Assembly: GCF_963921235.1 (NCBI RefSeq)
Contig: NC_086118.1
Span: 13,890,001 to 13,954,000 of the forward strand
Direction: 5' to 3'
Length of the DNA stretch: 64,000 bases
DNA from: Mobula hypostoma
Taxonomy: Eukaryota
Shown here: piece after piece, positions 36,473 to 49,369 of the stretch
How the letters are laid out: every line of letters begins with the position of its first letter
How positions within the stretch are numbered: position 1 is the first letter of the stretch
Program-made: the position numbers and the translations under genes
Notes under the pieces: model-generated
Databases searched by the model: none
What the model saw: only the letters and a program-made list of their open reading frames with translations
Told to the model about the DNA's origin: nothing

Positions 36473-37950
36473 ATGGTTTTATCCCCCCTTGTTCAATCCC
36501 TTCCTACCTATGTTCGTGACACTTCTAACGCTCTTAAACTTTTCGATGATTTTAAGTTCCCTGGCCCCCACCGCTTTATTTTCACCATGGATGTGCAGTC
36601 CCTATGTACTTCCATCCCCCATCAGGAAGGTCTCAAAGCTCTACGCTTCTTTTTGGATTCCAGACCTAATCAGTTCCCCTCTACCACCACTCTGCTCCGT
36701 CTAGCGGAATTAGTCCTTACTCTTAATAGTTTCTCCTTTGGCTCTTCCCACTTCCTCCAAACTAAAGGTGTAGCTATGGGCACCCGTATGGGTCCTAGCT
36801 ATGCCTGCCTTTTTGTTGGCTTTGTGGAACAATCTATGTTCCGTGCCTATTCTGGTATTTGTCCCCCACTTTTCCTTCGCTACGTCAATGACTGCATTGG
36901 TGCTGCTTCCTGCACGTGTGCTGAGCTCATTGATTTTATTAACTTTGCCTTCAACTTTCACCCTGCCCTCAAGTTTACCTGGTCCATTTCCGACACCTCC
37001 CTCCCCTTTCTAGATCTTCCTGTCTCTGTCTCTGGAGACAGCTTATCCACTGATGTCTACTATAAGCCTACTGACTCTCACAGCTATCTGGACTATTCCT
37101 CTTCTCACCTTGTCTCTTGCAAAAACGCCATCCCCTTCTCGCAATTCCTCCATCTCCGCCGCATCTGTTCTCAGGATGAGGCTTTTCATTCTAGGATGAG
37201 GGAGATGTCTTCCTTTTTTAAAGAAAGGGGCTTCCCTTCCTCCACTATCAACTCTGCTCTTAAACGCATCTCCCCCATTTCACGTACATCTGCTCTCACT
37301 CCATCCTCCCGTCACCCCACTAGGAATAGGGTTCCCCTGGTCCTCACCTACCACCCCACCAGCCTCCGGGTCCAACATATTATTCTCTGTAACTTCCACC
37401 ACCTCCAACGAAATCCCACCACTAAGCACATCTTTCCCTCTCACCCCACCCCCCCGCATTCTGCAGGGATCGCTCCCTACGCAACTCCCTTGTCCATTCG
37501 TCCCCCCCATCCCTCCCCACTGATCTCCCTCCTGGCACTTATCCGTGTAAGCGGAACAAGTGCTACACATGCCCTTACACTTCCTCCCTTACCACCATTC
37601 AGGGCCCCAAACAGTCCTTCCAGGTGAGGCAACACTTCACCTGTGAGTTGGCTGGGGTGATATACTGCGTCCGGTGCTCCCGATGTGGCCTTTTATATAT
37701 TGGCGAGACCCGACGCAGACTGGGAGACCGCTTTGCTGAACACCTATGCTCTGTCCGCCAGAGAAAGCAGGATCTCCCAGTGGCCACACATTTTAATTCC
37801 ACATCCCATTCCCATTCTGACATGTCTATCCACAGCCTCCTCTACTGTAAAGATGAAGCCACACTCAGGTTGGAGGAACAACACCTTATATTCCATCTGG
37901 GTAGCCTCCAACCTGATGGCATGAACATCGACTTCTCTAACTTCCGCTAA
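36473..37950 (+). pseudogene. Penelope RT and GIY-YIG endonuclease ORF, 5'-truncated and disabled
   Basis: TMDVQSL, GVAMG, RYVND (expected YxDD altered), LPFLD, YYKPTD; frameshift in the C-tract near 37440-37460; GIY-YIG in ORF 37624-37950. Confidence 0.9.
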
Positions 37951-38248
37951 TGCCCCACCTTCCCCCTTGTACCCCATCTGTTACTTATTTTTATACACAC
38001 ATTCTTTCTCTCACTCTCCTTTTTCTCCCTCTGCCCCTCTGAATATACCCCTTGCCCATCCTCTGGGTCCCCCCCCTACTCCTTGTCTTTCTTCCCAGAC
38101 CTCCTGTCCCATGATCCTCTCGTATCCCTTTTGCCTATCACCTGTCCAGCGCTTGGCTCCATCCCTCCCCCTCCTGTCTTCTCCTATCATTTTGGATCTC
38201 CCCCTCCCCCTCCAACTTTCAAATCCCTTACTCACTCTTCCTTCAGTT

Positions 38249-38284
38249 AGTCCTGACGAAGGGTCTCGGCCTGAAACGTCGACT
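38249..38284 (+). ncRNA. Intact minimal type I hammerhead motif (Penelope)
   Basis: agtc-CTGACGA-agggtctcggcct-GAAAC-GTC-gact; predicted cut after C38280. Confidence 0.8.
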
Positions 38285-38749
38285 GCACCTCTTCCTAGAG
38301 ATGCTGCCTGGCCTGCTGCGTTCACCAGCAACTTTTATGTGTGTTGATTGAATAGATTAGGACTGTATTCCGTAGAAGAATGCGAGGAAATTTGATAGCT
38401 GTGTACAAAATTATGAGGGCTATAGATAGGTTAAATGCAAGCAGGACTACAACCAGAGGTCACGGGTTAAGGGTGAAAGGTGAAACATTTAAGGGAAACA
38501 TGAGGGGAAACCCCATCACTCAGAGGGTCGTAAGTGTGTGGAATGAGTTGCCACCACAAGTGGTGCATGCGAGCTCGATTTCAACAGTGAAGAGAAGTTT
38601 TATAGGTACATGGATGGTAGAGGTATGGAGAGCTATGGTCCTGGTGCAGGTTGATGGGAGTAGGCAGATTAAGCTGTTTTGGCACCGACTTGATGAGCCA
38701 AAGAGCCTGTTTCTGTGCCGTACTTCTCTATGACTCTACATAGAACCGT

Positions 38750-38935
38750 TGTTGTAGCTGTTGTTCCTCTTTGGTGCATTGGGCAGTAACCTTCCTGTTT
38801 CTTTAACATTTCTCTGTTTTTAAGGAGCTGCTAGCTCGACACTCAACCCAACACAAATAGAAAGCATGCAAGGATTCGACCAAGGGACCACTTGCTTCGA
38901 TGTCCAGTGTGGATGCCACTACACCACCAGCCAGC
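38750..38935 (-). mobile_element. tRNA-derived SINE (same family as 13255 and 16988)
   Basis: Reverse complement of the 16988-17190 sequence. Confidence 0.65.
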
Positions 38936-39244
38936 CTACATACAACCCTATCTGCAGGAAACTGAATCTCAGGTTGTAAATGAGGATGTATATGTAACTT
39001 GATAATAAATTTACTTTGAATTTTGAACTTTGAATTTCATTCTGTTTCTGATGCTATTCTCCCTCAGCAATAGGTAGGTTTACCTACCATGTGATGTGGA
39101 GGGAAAATAGACTCCAAGGAAATCACAAGAAATAGACTGTTGAGTTTTCAAGTCAACTCTCCCAAAACATTTATTGTGCTCTTCCCTCCATGGATGCTGC
39201 CTGACTCACTGAGTTCCTCCAGCTTTTGTGTGTTGTACATGAAA

Positions 39245-39470
39245 ACCCTTCCAGCACTTTGAGCTGCACTGCCCAGAAATCCCCCGATTTAGTCCGAGTT
39301 TAATCATCAGACAATTCACAATGACCAATCAACCTACCAACCAGTACATGTTTGGATTGTGGGAGGAAACCGGAGCACCCAGAGGAAATCCACGTGATCA
39401 TGGGAGAACGCAAAACCCAGAGTTGAACTCGGGTTGCCTGTACTGTATGCATTGTGCTAACTACTACGCA
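39245..39470 (-). mobile_element. V-SINE-like element
   Basis: tttggattgtgggaggaaaccggagcacccagaggaaatccacg. Confidence 0.7.
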
Positions 39471-41814
39471 ATCAAAGGTGTGAATAGCTCAGGTAAGAGT
39501 TAATAGATGGATAGAACATGTTCAAAGGGCTGAATGGTCCCCATGTGTTCAAAACAGAACACAAAGGTACTCACAGGACCTAACTTCCTTTATTTTCGAT
39601 TAGTATTTGCAGCAGCTTGTGCACATTAGAATCTGATTACAGTCTCATTATCACCTAATTATGTTAGCATTATCTTCAGTATCTACATTCCACTAAAATC
39701 TAAATTATGCATTTGTAAATTTAACATAAACAATGATGTACCAATGTATTTACCTGTCTGAAAATTTAAACTCTATTCTGAATTACACTAATATTTTGTT
39801 TAAATTTTAGTTTCCACTAAATCCGATTTGCAATCATATTTACTTCACACATTCTTGGGGAAATGTAGTGAAATGTGACCTCAAAATAATCCAATCTCCA
39901 ATCATAAATTCAGCAATCTCTTCTGAAAGACTATCTGCTTAATTAACAAACAATAAACCCTGCAAGTTTTACAACCTGTGTTCTTTCATTCTGCCTAATA
40001 TAAAACAGTGTAACCGTTACAGCTCCCTTTCCAATAATAAATTCCATATAAACATAATTGTATGAATTTAATGGTAATGCACTCCTTTTGACCTTGTGGG
40101 AGCTATCAGTTTTGACTGCAAAATGTTCAATGCTAGTGGGGGAGATTTGTTGCAGAAAGACTTTGGGAAGAAATTCCAGTGCTTGGGGAGCTAAAAATAT
40201 ACATGTATGGCTGGTAATGGGGCAAATAGACTAAAGACTAGAGTTGAAGGAACAGAAAAGCTGAAAACAGTCGGCTTGAATGAGGATTATAGAGCAGGAA
40301 GAGATGTGGCCAAGGAAAAATTTGAATACAAAAGTATCTGTGGTAATTTTCAGTGGAAAGTTGGCACTTTACTAGTCACATTAAAAAACTGAAGTGATGC
40401 TGCAGAGAACGTGTCTGGGTATTGGTTAGGAAAGGGTTAATGGACCAGATGGTTTTCTTCTGCATTGTAGGAGCCAATAAATTTTTATCAAATTAGTCTG
40501 AGAAATGTAATTACTCCACCAGCAAAATTAGCATTTATTAAACAAAGGATGGAGGATGACATTGCAGAATATTACAATTACAGATTAAAATGTCATTTTT
40601 AAAATTAATGTAGAAGTTTTTCTTTTGATTGAGTTTGCACTTTAGAAAACGCTCAGTCTTCTAACTTGGCTGCACACTTATCTGTTTTCCCACTGGTTCT
40701 GAGATAGGCAGCACAGCCTAGGACCAATGTACATTCTGAAAATCGCAAAGACCATTTAATACCCAGACCTGGCTCATCTGGGCTCAACAAATAGATCAGT
40801 GCCCTTGATCTGGAACTAACTTAAGGAACTAGCGCAGTTGAGGTCTACTGAGTTCCTCCAGCATTTTGTGTGTGTGGCTTGGATTTCCAGCATCTGCAGA
40901 TTTTCTGTTTTTCTGACTGGTTACCTGGATACAAGATTAGTTTTGGAGAAGGAAGTGGAGACTGAAGATTGCTGGAAGGTGTGCAATTGTGTTCCTAAAA
41001 AGTCAATGCTGGCAACACATATTCTCTTAATGCACTTTAATAACCTGAGCCTGAGCCAATGCAGAATGATTTCAGAATACACAGATAACAAAGAACTTCG
41101 AAGAAGTGTGGAGGGTACTAATAGACAAAGTTACATAGGAGGAATAGGTAGAAACACAGCAAGCTAGAAAAAAAGAGCACATCATTAGAAAGAATGAGAG
41201 GCAATATAATCAAAATGCACTGCTACAAAGTGTGTGTAAATTCAAAGAGACCTGAGATACAGGTTCTGTACACAGACTGTTGAAGATGACAAGGTAGAGT
41301 AAACTGATATCGAACACTAGGCATTACTAAAAGAGTAGAGAAGGAAGCCATGTTGGATCTTTATGAAACATTGTCTCAACTGCAATGGAAAGATTTTGCT
41401 CAATTCACAACACTGCTCTTTAGGAATTATGTGAAGGCCTTCAAGACAGCATAAAAATAATTTACTGGAATAGTTCTGGGGATAATAGACTACAGTTCCA
41501 AAAACAGAGAAGTGGCGTTGTTTTCCTTAGACCAGAGAATGTTGAGTGGAAGTTTAAGAGAACCACAAAATAAAGATTTAAGATGATTCATATAAGAACC
41601 AATGACGAAACAACACAAAGCGTTTTCACCCAGAGAGCAGTTGAATTATGAATCCACTGTTCCGAAGGGAGGTGGATGCAGGCTGAGCAGTATCTTTTTT
41701 AAATAAAATAGACAAGTACATGGCAGAATAAATATTACAGGGCCATGCAGAAATTGCAGGGAGGTGGAACCAACTGGGTTTCTCTGATATAAAGATTAGT
41801 GCGTCTAGTAAACC

Positions 41815-41995
41815 AACTAACTCACAGCATCAGGGACCGGGTTTCAAACCTGACCTCAGGTGCTATTTATGTGGAGTTGGCTTGTTCTCTCTCTGTCTGC
41901 GTGGATGTTCTTTCAGAACTTCAGTTTTCTGCTGCATCGCTAAGATGCATATGTTTGTAAATTAATTATAAGCTGCCCCAGTCTGTAGGTGAGTG
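41815..41995 (+). mobile_element. V-SINE-like remnant
   Basis: ctcacagc..gggaccgggtttcaaacc..tgtggagttgg..tctgcgtgg. Confidence 0.6.
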
Positions 41996-42014
41996 GTACA
42001 ATCCGGGGAGAATT

Positions 42015-43595
42015 AGAACATAGAACAGTACAGCAAAGGAACAGGCCTTCCAGCTCACAATGTTGTGCTGAACCAATTAGATTAGTAATCAAATGGCTAA
42101 CTGAATTAATCTCTTCTGCCTACACGATGTCTATATACTTCCATATTGCTCACAATCATGTGCCTATCTAAATGTCTCTTAAAAGTCTCTCATGTTTCTG
42201 CCTCCATCACCACCCCAGGCAGAACATTCCAGGTACCCATTACTCTGTGTAAAAAAACTTGGCCCTTAAATCTCCTCAAATTTAGACCCTCTGGTACCAG
42301 GCATTACAAACCCTTAGAAAAAGATACTGTCTGCTCTATCTATGCCTCTCATAATCTTATAATCCTCTATAAGATCTCCCCTCAGCCTCCATCATTCCAG
42401 AGAAAACAACCCAGGTTTGTCCAAGCTCTCATAATAGCACATGCCCTCTAAGTTAGGCAACATTCTAGTAAACCTTTTCTGAACCCTCCCCATAGCCTTG
42501 ACATCCTTCCTGTAATGGGACGACCAGAACTATATGAAGTACTCCAGATTAGGCCTAACTTGAGTTTTTTAAAGCTGCAACATAACTTCTTGACATTTGA
42601 ACTCAATGCCTCTACTAATAAAGGGGACCATGTCATATGCCTTCTTAACTACCCCATCGACCTGTGTTGCCACCGTCAGGGAGTGGTGAACTTGGTCTCC
42701 AAGATCCCTCTGCTCATCAACACTGTTAAGGAGCTTGCTCTTAACAATGACCCATCCCTTTGCATTTAACCTATCAAGGTGCAACACTTATATTTGGCCG
42801 GGTTAAATACTGTCTGCCATTTTCCATCCATATCTGCAATTGGTTTATATCCCATGGTATTCTTTGTCATTCTTCTATGCTATTCCCAACACCACTACTC
42901 TTTGTATCATCTGCACACATGCTAACCGACCCATCTGCATTTTCATCCAGGTTATTTACATACATCACAACAGCAGAGGTCCCAGTATAGATCCCTGCAG
43001 AACACTACAAGTTACACAACCAGGATAAGTTCCTTCAACCACTACCCTCTGTTATCTATAGGCAGACCAGTTCTGAATCCAAACGGCCAATTCACCATGG
43101 ATGCCATGCATCTGAATCTTCTGAATGAGCCTCCTATGGGGGACCTTTTCAAATGCCTTACTAAAAAATCACAGCTCTACCTTCATCAATCACACTCACC
43201 ACCTCATCAAAAAACTCAGTCAGGTTTGTAAGACATGACTTGCCCCACATAAAGCCATGCCAGCTCTCCCTAATTAGGCTATGGCTTTCCAAACAATCAT
43301 ATATCCTATCTCTAAGAATTCTCTCCAGTAATTTCCCTACCATTGATGTGGGTGAGACTCACCGCCTTATTGTTTCCAAGATTATCTCTAGTTCCCTTCT
43401 TCAATAATGGAACAACATTAGCTACTTGTCAATCCTCCAGGACCTTGACTATGCCCAAAGAGGACACAAAGATATTGGTCAAGGCCCCAACAATCTCTTC
43501 TTTCACCTCTCTCAATGATCTCAACCCTATCCCATCAGACCCTGGGGACATCCACCTTAATTCTCTTTAAGAGACCCAGCACCACCTCCTCATTT
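42015..43595 (-). mobile_element. CR1 LINE RT and 3' end, degenerate
   Basis: VGKLLERILRDRI..SCLTNLTEFFDEV; QRDLG..ISRGIEFK; (ATAGAAC)-type tail. Confidence 0.85.
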
Positions 43596-43691
43596 ACCGA
43601 TGAGATGGAACTCAACTGCATAACTAGCGGTGATGTTTAACTCCCTGCCTTCTACGCTTGCTTTGACCAACAAAACATGGTGGAGCTCTCA

Positions 43692-46600
43692 TGTTCTGTA
43701 CCTCCAAAACATAAGTCTATCTGAAAGAAAAACACTGAGGTGGGATAATGTGTGCACTTCTTGGATTTACCTTCAGTGAGTAATCATCCTTACCCATAAC
43801 ATTAATGTCATCCAGGTAACCCTGAGTGCCCAGGTAGCATTGCAGCACCTGGTCCATAGCTTTCTATCAGAGCACAGCTGCAGATACCCATAATATAAGC
43901 CCATTAGAATGATAAAGCCCTTCGTGTACAGTTATGCTGAGAAACACGTTGGACTCTTCTTTCATCTCCATCTTAGGCCAGTGTCAGCTAAGTCCATTTT
44001 GTGGAAAAGTTTACCTCAAGGAAGGCTTGCAAAGATATCCTCTCCCTGGGCAGAGGTACTGTTCTACTTTCAGTACAGGGATAACAGGGACCTTAAAATC
44101 ACAACAGATCCTGAAATAGTTCAATAGTTCCATTTAGTATCAAAGAATGTATACATTATATACATCCTGAAATTCTTGTTCATTGCAGTCATCCACAAAA
44201 ACAGAAGAGTGCCCCAAAGAATGAATGACAGTAAAAAAATTAGAATCCCAAAGCCCCATTCTCTCCCTTCCCACACACAAAGCAGCTGTCCTCCCCCCAA
44301 CTCACTTCAGCAAAAAGCAACAACTCCCTCCACCAACCAAGCAAGCAACAGCAAACCCCCAATAAAGACCATGATCTGCAGTACTACAAAAGCTAATCAT
44401 TCACCCAATAATTTGACATTCCACAGGTTCTTTCTCGTTCTCTCTACCCCAAATAAAGGGGCAGAAAGGTGTCACACAGCAAGAGGGGAGACAAACAATA
44501 AAAGAAAAACACTCACCGAGTTATGGTGTTAAAGTCTCCTGCATCACTTTTATCTGAGTTCTCCGACTCGAGAATCACCAACAAACTTCCCCACCAATGA
44601 GAGAAAGAGAGCACTCTGATTGCAGGGACCTCCAACAGCTATTCCACTGTTGCTGATACTCTGTTTTCTCCTGCAACACTTCAGCCAGTAGCACCAGCCA
44701 AGAGTCGGCTCATCTGCAGGACTGCAAAGCCTTGGAACCTCAAAGCTACGCTCATCTTCTAGGCCATGTCCTTGGGATATTGAAAAACGGCCAGTCGGTG
44801 AGCCCTGAGAGTGAGAACCAATGTCGTAAAGAACCGAAGTTTGACTGCAGCTGTAAATCAGGGACTTCAACGGAACCCCATCCACCCTGAAAGGGAAAAG
44901 AGAGACGTTAAATGTAGAAATTAAGCTGCTTCTACAGATAAGCTCAAAGAAGTCGCTATTTAGCACCATCATAGCTCCCCCCATTCTCCTTGGCTACTGG
45001 GAACACTGGCATCGCCCATGGACCCCATGCAACCTTGGAAAGAACTCTTCAGTCTCCATGCTATTTAGCTCACTGGCTACTTTATGATGGATGGCACAAA
45101 GAACTGGCTGGGCTTTGTGAAACTTGGGTGTAGCATTTTCATTTAACACTATTTTACCCTTGATAGCTTGGAGATTTACAGTGCCATCTTTGAGCACTGC
45201 TGTGGCATCATCTGGTGCCTTTCTTAAATCACTTCCAATTGACTCTGTTGTAGGGAATGTGATAGGCAAATGGTGGTTGAATCTTCAATCAAGTTGTAAT
45301 TGTCTCGGCCATGCACAGTCCCACAATGCTGGCCCTCCTTATTTATCACATACAAACCCAATGTGGCTTGTTCGTTATTGTATTTCACTGTTACAAACAT
45401 CATTCCCACAGGAATTATCTCCGCTCCAATATAACTTTTAAAGTTGGATATCTGCAGGCTTCAGTTCTGTATCTTTGAAATGCCACTCAAACTCGTTTTG
45501 TGGAATGACAGAAATGACTGAGCCAGTGTCCAGTTCCATTTTAATTAATTTGCTGTTTATTTCTGGTGCAAGCCATATTACTTGTCTATTGTTAGTTTTC
45601 ACATTGTAAATCTCAAGCTTACTCAGTCCTGTGTCAGTCTCATCATTAGAATCAGAATCAGAATCAGAATCAGGTTTATTATCACCAGCATGAGACGTGA
45701 AATTTGTTAACTTAGCAGCAGCAGTTCAATGCAATACATAATATAGAAGAGAGAGAAAAATATAATAATCAATCAATCAATCAATCAATTACAGTATACA
45801 TATGCTGAACAGATTAAAAACATGCAAAAAACAGAAATACTATCTATGGAAAAAAAAGTGAGGTAGTGTCCAAGGGTTCAATGTCCATTTTGGAATTGGA
45901 TGGCAGAGGGGAAGAAGCTGTTCCTGAATCGCTGAGTGTGTGCCTTCAGGCTTCTGTACCTCCTACCTGATGGTAACAGTAAGACAAGGGCATGCCCTGG
46001 GTGCTGGAGGTCCTTAATAATGGACGCTGCGTTTCTGAGACACCGCTCACTGAAGATGTCCTGGGTACTTTATAGGCTAGTACCCAAGATAGAGCTGACT
46101 AGATTTACAACCTTCTGCAGCTTCTTTTGGTCCTGTGCAGTAGCCCCACACCCCTCCATACCAGACAGTGATGCAGCCTGTCAGAATGCTCTCCACGATA
46201 CAACTATAGGAGTTTTTGAGTGTATTTGTTGAGATGCCAAATGTCTTCAAACTCCTAATGAAGTATAGCTGCTGTCTTGCCCTCTTTATAACTGCATCAA
46301 TATGTTGGGATCAGGTTAGATCCTCTAAGATCTTGACATCCAGGAACCTGAAACTGCTCACTCTCTCCTGATTTTTCATCAACAGCCTGCAGATTAGTGC
46401 TCGTTTTGAAACTGTGCCTTGATTTTCAAAGTCCATTTCTTTTTGTCTGTTGATATGCTCTTTTTATGAGTCCCATTTCTTACATTTTCAGCAAGTTTCA
46501 CCTTTAAACCTGCATTGGTTACCGTATGTAAGCCCCTGCCACAACAAAAACACAATGTATTCGGCCAGGTATGTTTTTGTTTTGACTTTGCAATTTTGTT

Positions 46601-47607
46601 CACCCTCACTCATTCCTGATTGCAACTCAATTGCATCTCTATTTGCTGTTTTCCATGGCAGAATGATTTCAATTGCTCTTTTAAATGTGAGTTGTGCTTC
46701 AGTTAAGAGTTAGTTTGAATGCTTTCTTGTAAGTTCCCACAAATTAAGTGATCTCTCAGTGCATCCTTAAACCCATCACTGAATTGGCAATGCTCAGATA
46801 ATTTCTTCAATTCAGCCACCAACACTGAAATATACTCCCCTTCCTTTTGATTCTGCTAATGAAACCTAAAGTATTCTGCCATCAACAAGGGTTTCTCTTC
46901 TAAATGCCCCTGCATTACTTTCACAATATCAGCAAAGCTCATTTCAGCTGATTTGGCTGGAGCAGTCAAAGTACTGAGCAAAACGTATGCCTTTCCACCA
47001 AATACACTCAGCAAAACTGGCACTTGTTTTACATTGGTTATTTCATTTTCTTCAAAATATTGTTCAACCGGCTCAGTGTACAATATCCAGTTATCCCTTG
47101 TGCAATCGAACGTGTCTAACTTTCCAATGTAACCAGCCTTTTCTGCCTGTTTTTAATTATGATTATTATCACCTGGTACTCATTGTGTATGAACCCACCA
47201 ATTTTGTCTGTTTTCTGCCTTTTTTTTCCAAACTCGACCATTTGTCTTTCTTTCTGAAGAAACCACATGCTGTGATCTTTTTACACTTAATTGTCTTGCT
47301 GTGCTTCAATGGGTGAGTGGTCGTCTTGGGTTCAATTAAAAACTTACTCGTCACTACTGTTATGTTTTTTTAACTCAAAAACAGAACTATTTGAAAGAAA
47401 AACACAGAGGCAGAGATAATGGGTGCCCTTCTTAGTTTTACCTTCAGTGAGGTGAGCACTCACTGAACCTGGTCGCACGATGACATGTGCCATTCACGTA
47501 CTTTTACATCTAACCCGTAATGAATTATTCAAGCAACAAAGAATGTTTAATCAAACAATATATTTACAATATTAATCAAATAGTAATGAAATATTAAATA
47601 CACAGCA
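43692..47607 (-). mobile_element. Internally deleted Gypsy LTR retrotransposon with nested insertions
   Basis: 5' LTR 47358-47607 (TG..CA) with PBS-like gtagtgacgag; gag (EQYFEEN..LLSVFGGKAY); protease ELDTG near 45525-45540; RT YLDD near 43806-43820; partial 3' LTR 43692-43780. Confidence 0.8.
45648..46368 (-). mobile_element. Rex1-like LINE 3' part nested in the Gypsy element
   Basis: (AGAATC)n tail; minus strand encodes FRFL..VESILTGCITVWYG..FRNSFFP. Confidence 0.85.
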
Positions 47608-47609
47608 AA

Positions 47610-49256
47610 AGCCTTCACAAACTCCCACTGCACCCAGTGACTCTAATATTTCAGTCTCTAAGGCATCATCAGGAGAGTGAACCATCGGAAAGCATCCAGT
47701 CAGATGGGTACTTAGCCGAGTACTAAAGACCTGTGCTGATCAACTGGCTGGAGTGTTCACTGATATTTTAACTGCTTGCTTTGGCAGTCTGAGGGAAATA
47801 ACTACTTCAAACTAGCTTCAATTATATTAGTGCTAAAAAAGAACATAGTAGACTGCCTCAATAACTATTGTTCAGTAGCTTTCACATCCACCGTGATAAA
47901 GTGCTTTGAGAGGTCGGTGATGAAACATATCAACTCCTGCTGAGAAGTGACTTGGATCTGCTCCAATTTGCTACCGTCACAATGGGTCTACAGCAGATGC
48001 CGTTTCCTTGGCTCTTCACCCAACCCTGGTACATTTTGACAGCAAAGTGCATACATCAGGATGCATTTTATTGACTACGGGTCAGAAGTCAAGAGTATCA
48101 CCCCTTCAAAACTGATCAATAAGCCTCAAGGCCTTGGTCTCAATACCTCTTTGTGCAATTGATACTCAGCTTCCTCACTTGCAGCACCCGGTCAGTTCGG
48201 ATTGGTAAAAGCATCTCCTCCAAAACCTCCATCAGCACAGGTGCACCACGAGGTTGTGTGCTCTTCTTACTTTATTTTTATGATGTATGGTTAAACGCAG
48301 TTCCAATACCATATTTTTGTTTGCTGATAACATCACTGTCGTTGGGTAAGTCAAAGAAGGTGACAGATCAACATATAGGAGAGAAATTGAAAACTGAAAT
48401 CAACAACCTCCCACTAAGTGCCAGCAAGACCAAGGAACTTATCATTTACCTCAGGAGAAGGAAATCAGAGGTCCATGACCCAGTCCTTAGCGGGGGTATC
48501 AGAGATGGAGAAGCTCAGCAAATTTAAATTTCTCAGTGTTAACTTTTCAGACGATCTGTCCTGGGTCCAACCATAACAAAGAAAGCACAGCAGTGCCTAT
48601 GCTTCATTAGAAGTTTGCAAAGATTCAATATAACATCTAAATTTTCTACAGATTGCGGTAGAGATTACATTGACTGGTTGCATCATGGCCTGGAATGTAA
48701 ACACCAGTGCTATTGAACAGAAAATCCTACAAAAAGTAATGCATACAGCCCACTCCACCTTAGGTAAAGCACTCCCTGCGATTGAGCATATCCACATGGA
48801 GTGCTGCTGCAGGAAAGCAGCATTTACCATGGAGCATCCAGGCCATGTTCTCTTCTCGCAGCTGCCATTGGGAAGGTGGTGCAGAAGCTTCAGGACTCAC
48901 ACCAGCAGGTTCAGGATCAGTTCATTAACCATGACCCTCCTGAATCAGAGGTGATAACTTCCTTCAACTTCACCCACCACATCATTAAACTATTCCCACA
49001 ACCTCCAGACTCACTTTCATGGATTCTTCATTTCATGTTCTCGATATTTATTATATTATCATCCTTATTTTTATTTTACATTTGCACAGTTTGTTGTCTT
49101 TTGCACATTATTTGTTTGCCCATACTGTTGGGAATGGTCTTTTGTTGATTCCATTGCGTTTCGTAGATTTACTGTTTATACCCACAATAAAATGAATCTC
49201 TGGGTTGAATATCATTACATGTATGTACTTGATAATACATTCACTTTGAACTTTGA
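47610..49256 (+). mobile_element. Rex1-like LINE, degenerate (probably continuous with 43600-43690)
   Basis: LKTCADQLAGVFTDIFN; STGAPRGCVL; TGCIMAWN; ctttgaactttg tail. Confidence 0.85.
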
Positions 49257-49369
49257 TTTGTGATTAGCTCAATATCTTTACACATTTAGAAATGGAGAAT
49301 AACACTATAGCTATGCAAATTCACAGCATCTGGCAACCCTGTGAACTCTACCTCACAGCCTGACGTCTG

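Larger units (their letters stand above)
35127..38346. mobile_element. 3.2-kb Neptune-type Penelope-like insertion with 1.2-kb inverted arms and TSD
   Basis: Minus arm 35128-36335, plus arm about 36336-38346; gattgaatagattag at 35112-35126 and 38346-38360. Confidence 0.93.
31480..38738 (+). mobile_element. Long degenerate CR1 LINE (5' region, ORF1, APE, internal deletion, RT, 3' end) hosting three younger insertions
   Basis: ORF1 (VLVHVGAN near 32500), APE (YFNARS; IVGDFN), RT (SQHGF..SCLTNLIEFFEEV; GVPQGSVLDPLLFVIYINDL), 3' end ctctatgactcta. Confidence 0.85.
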
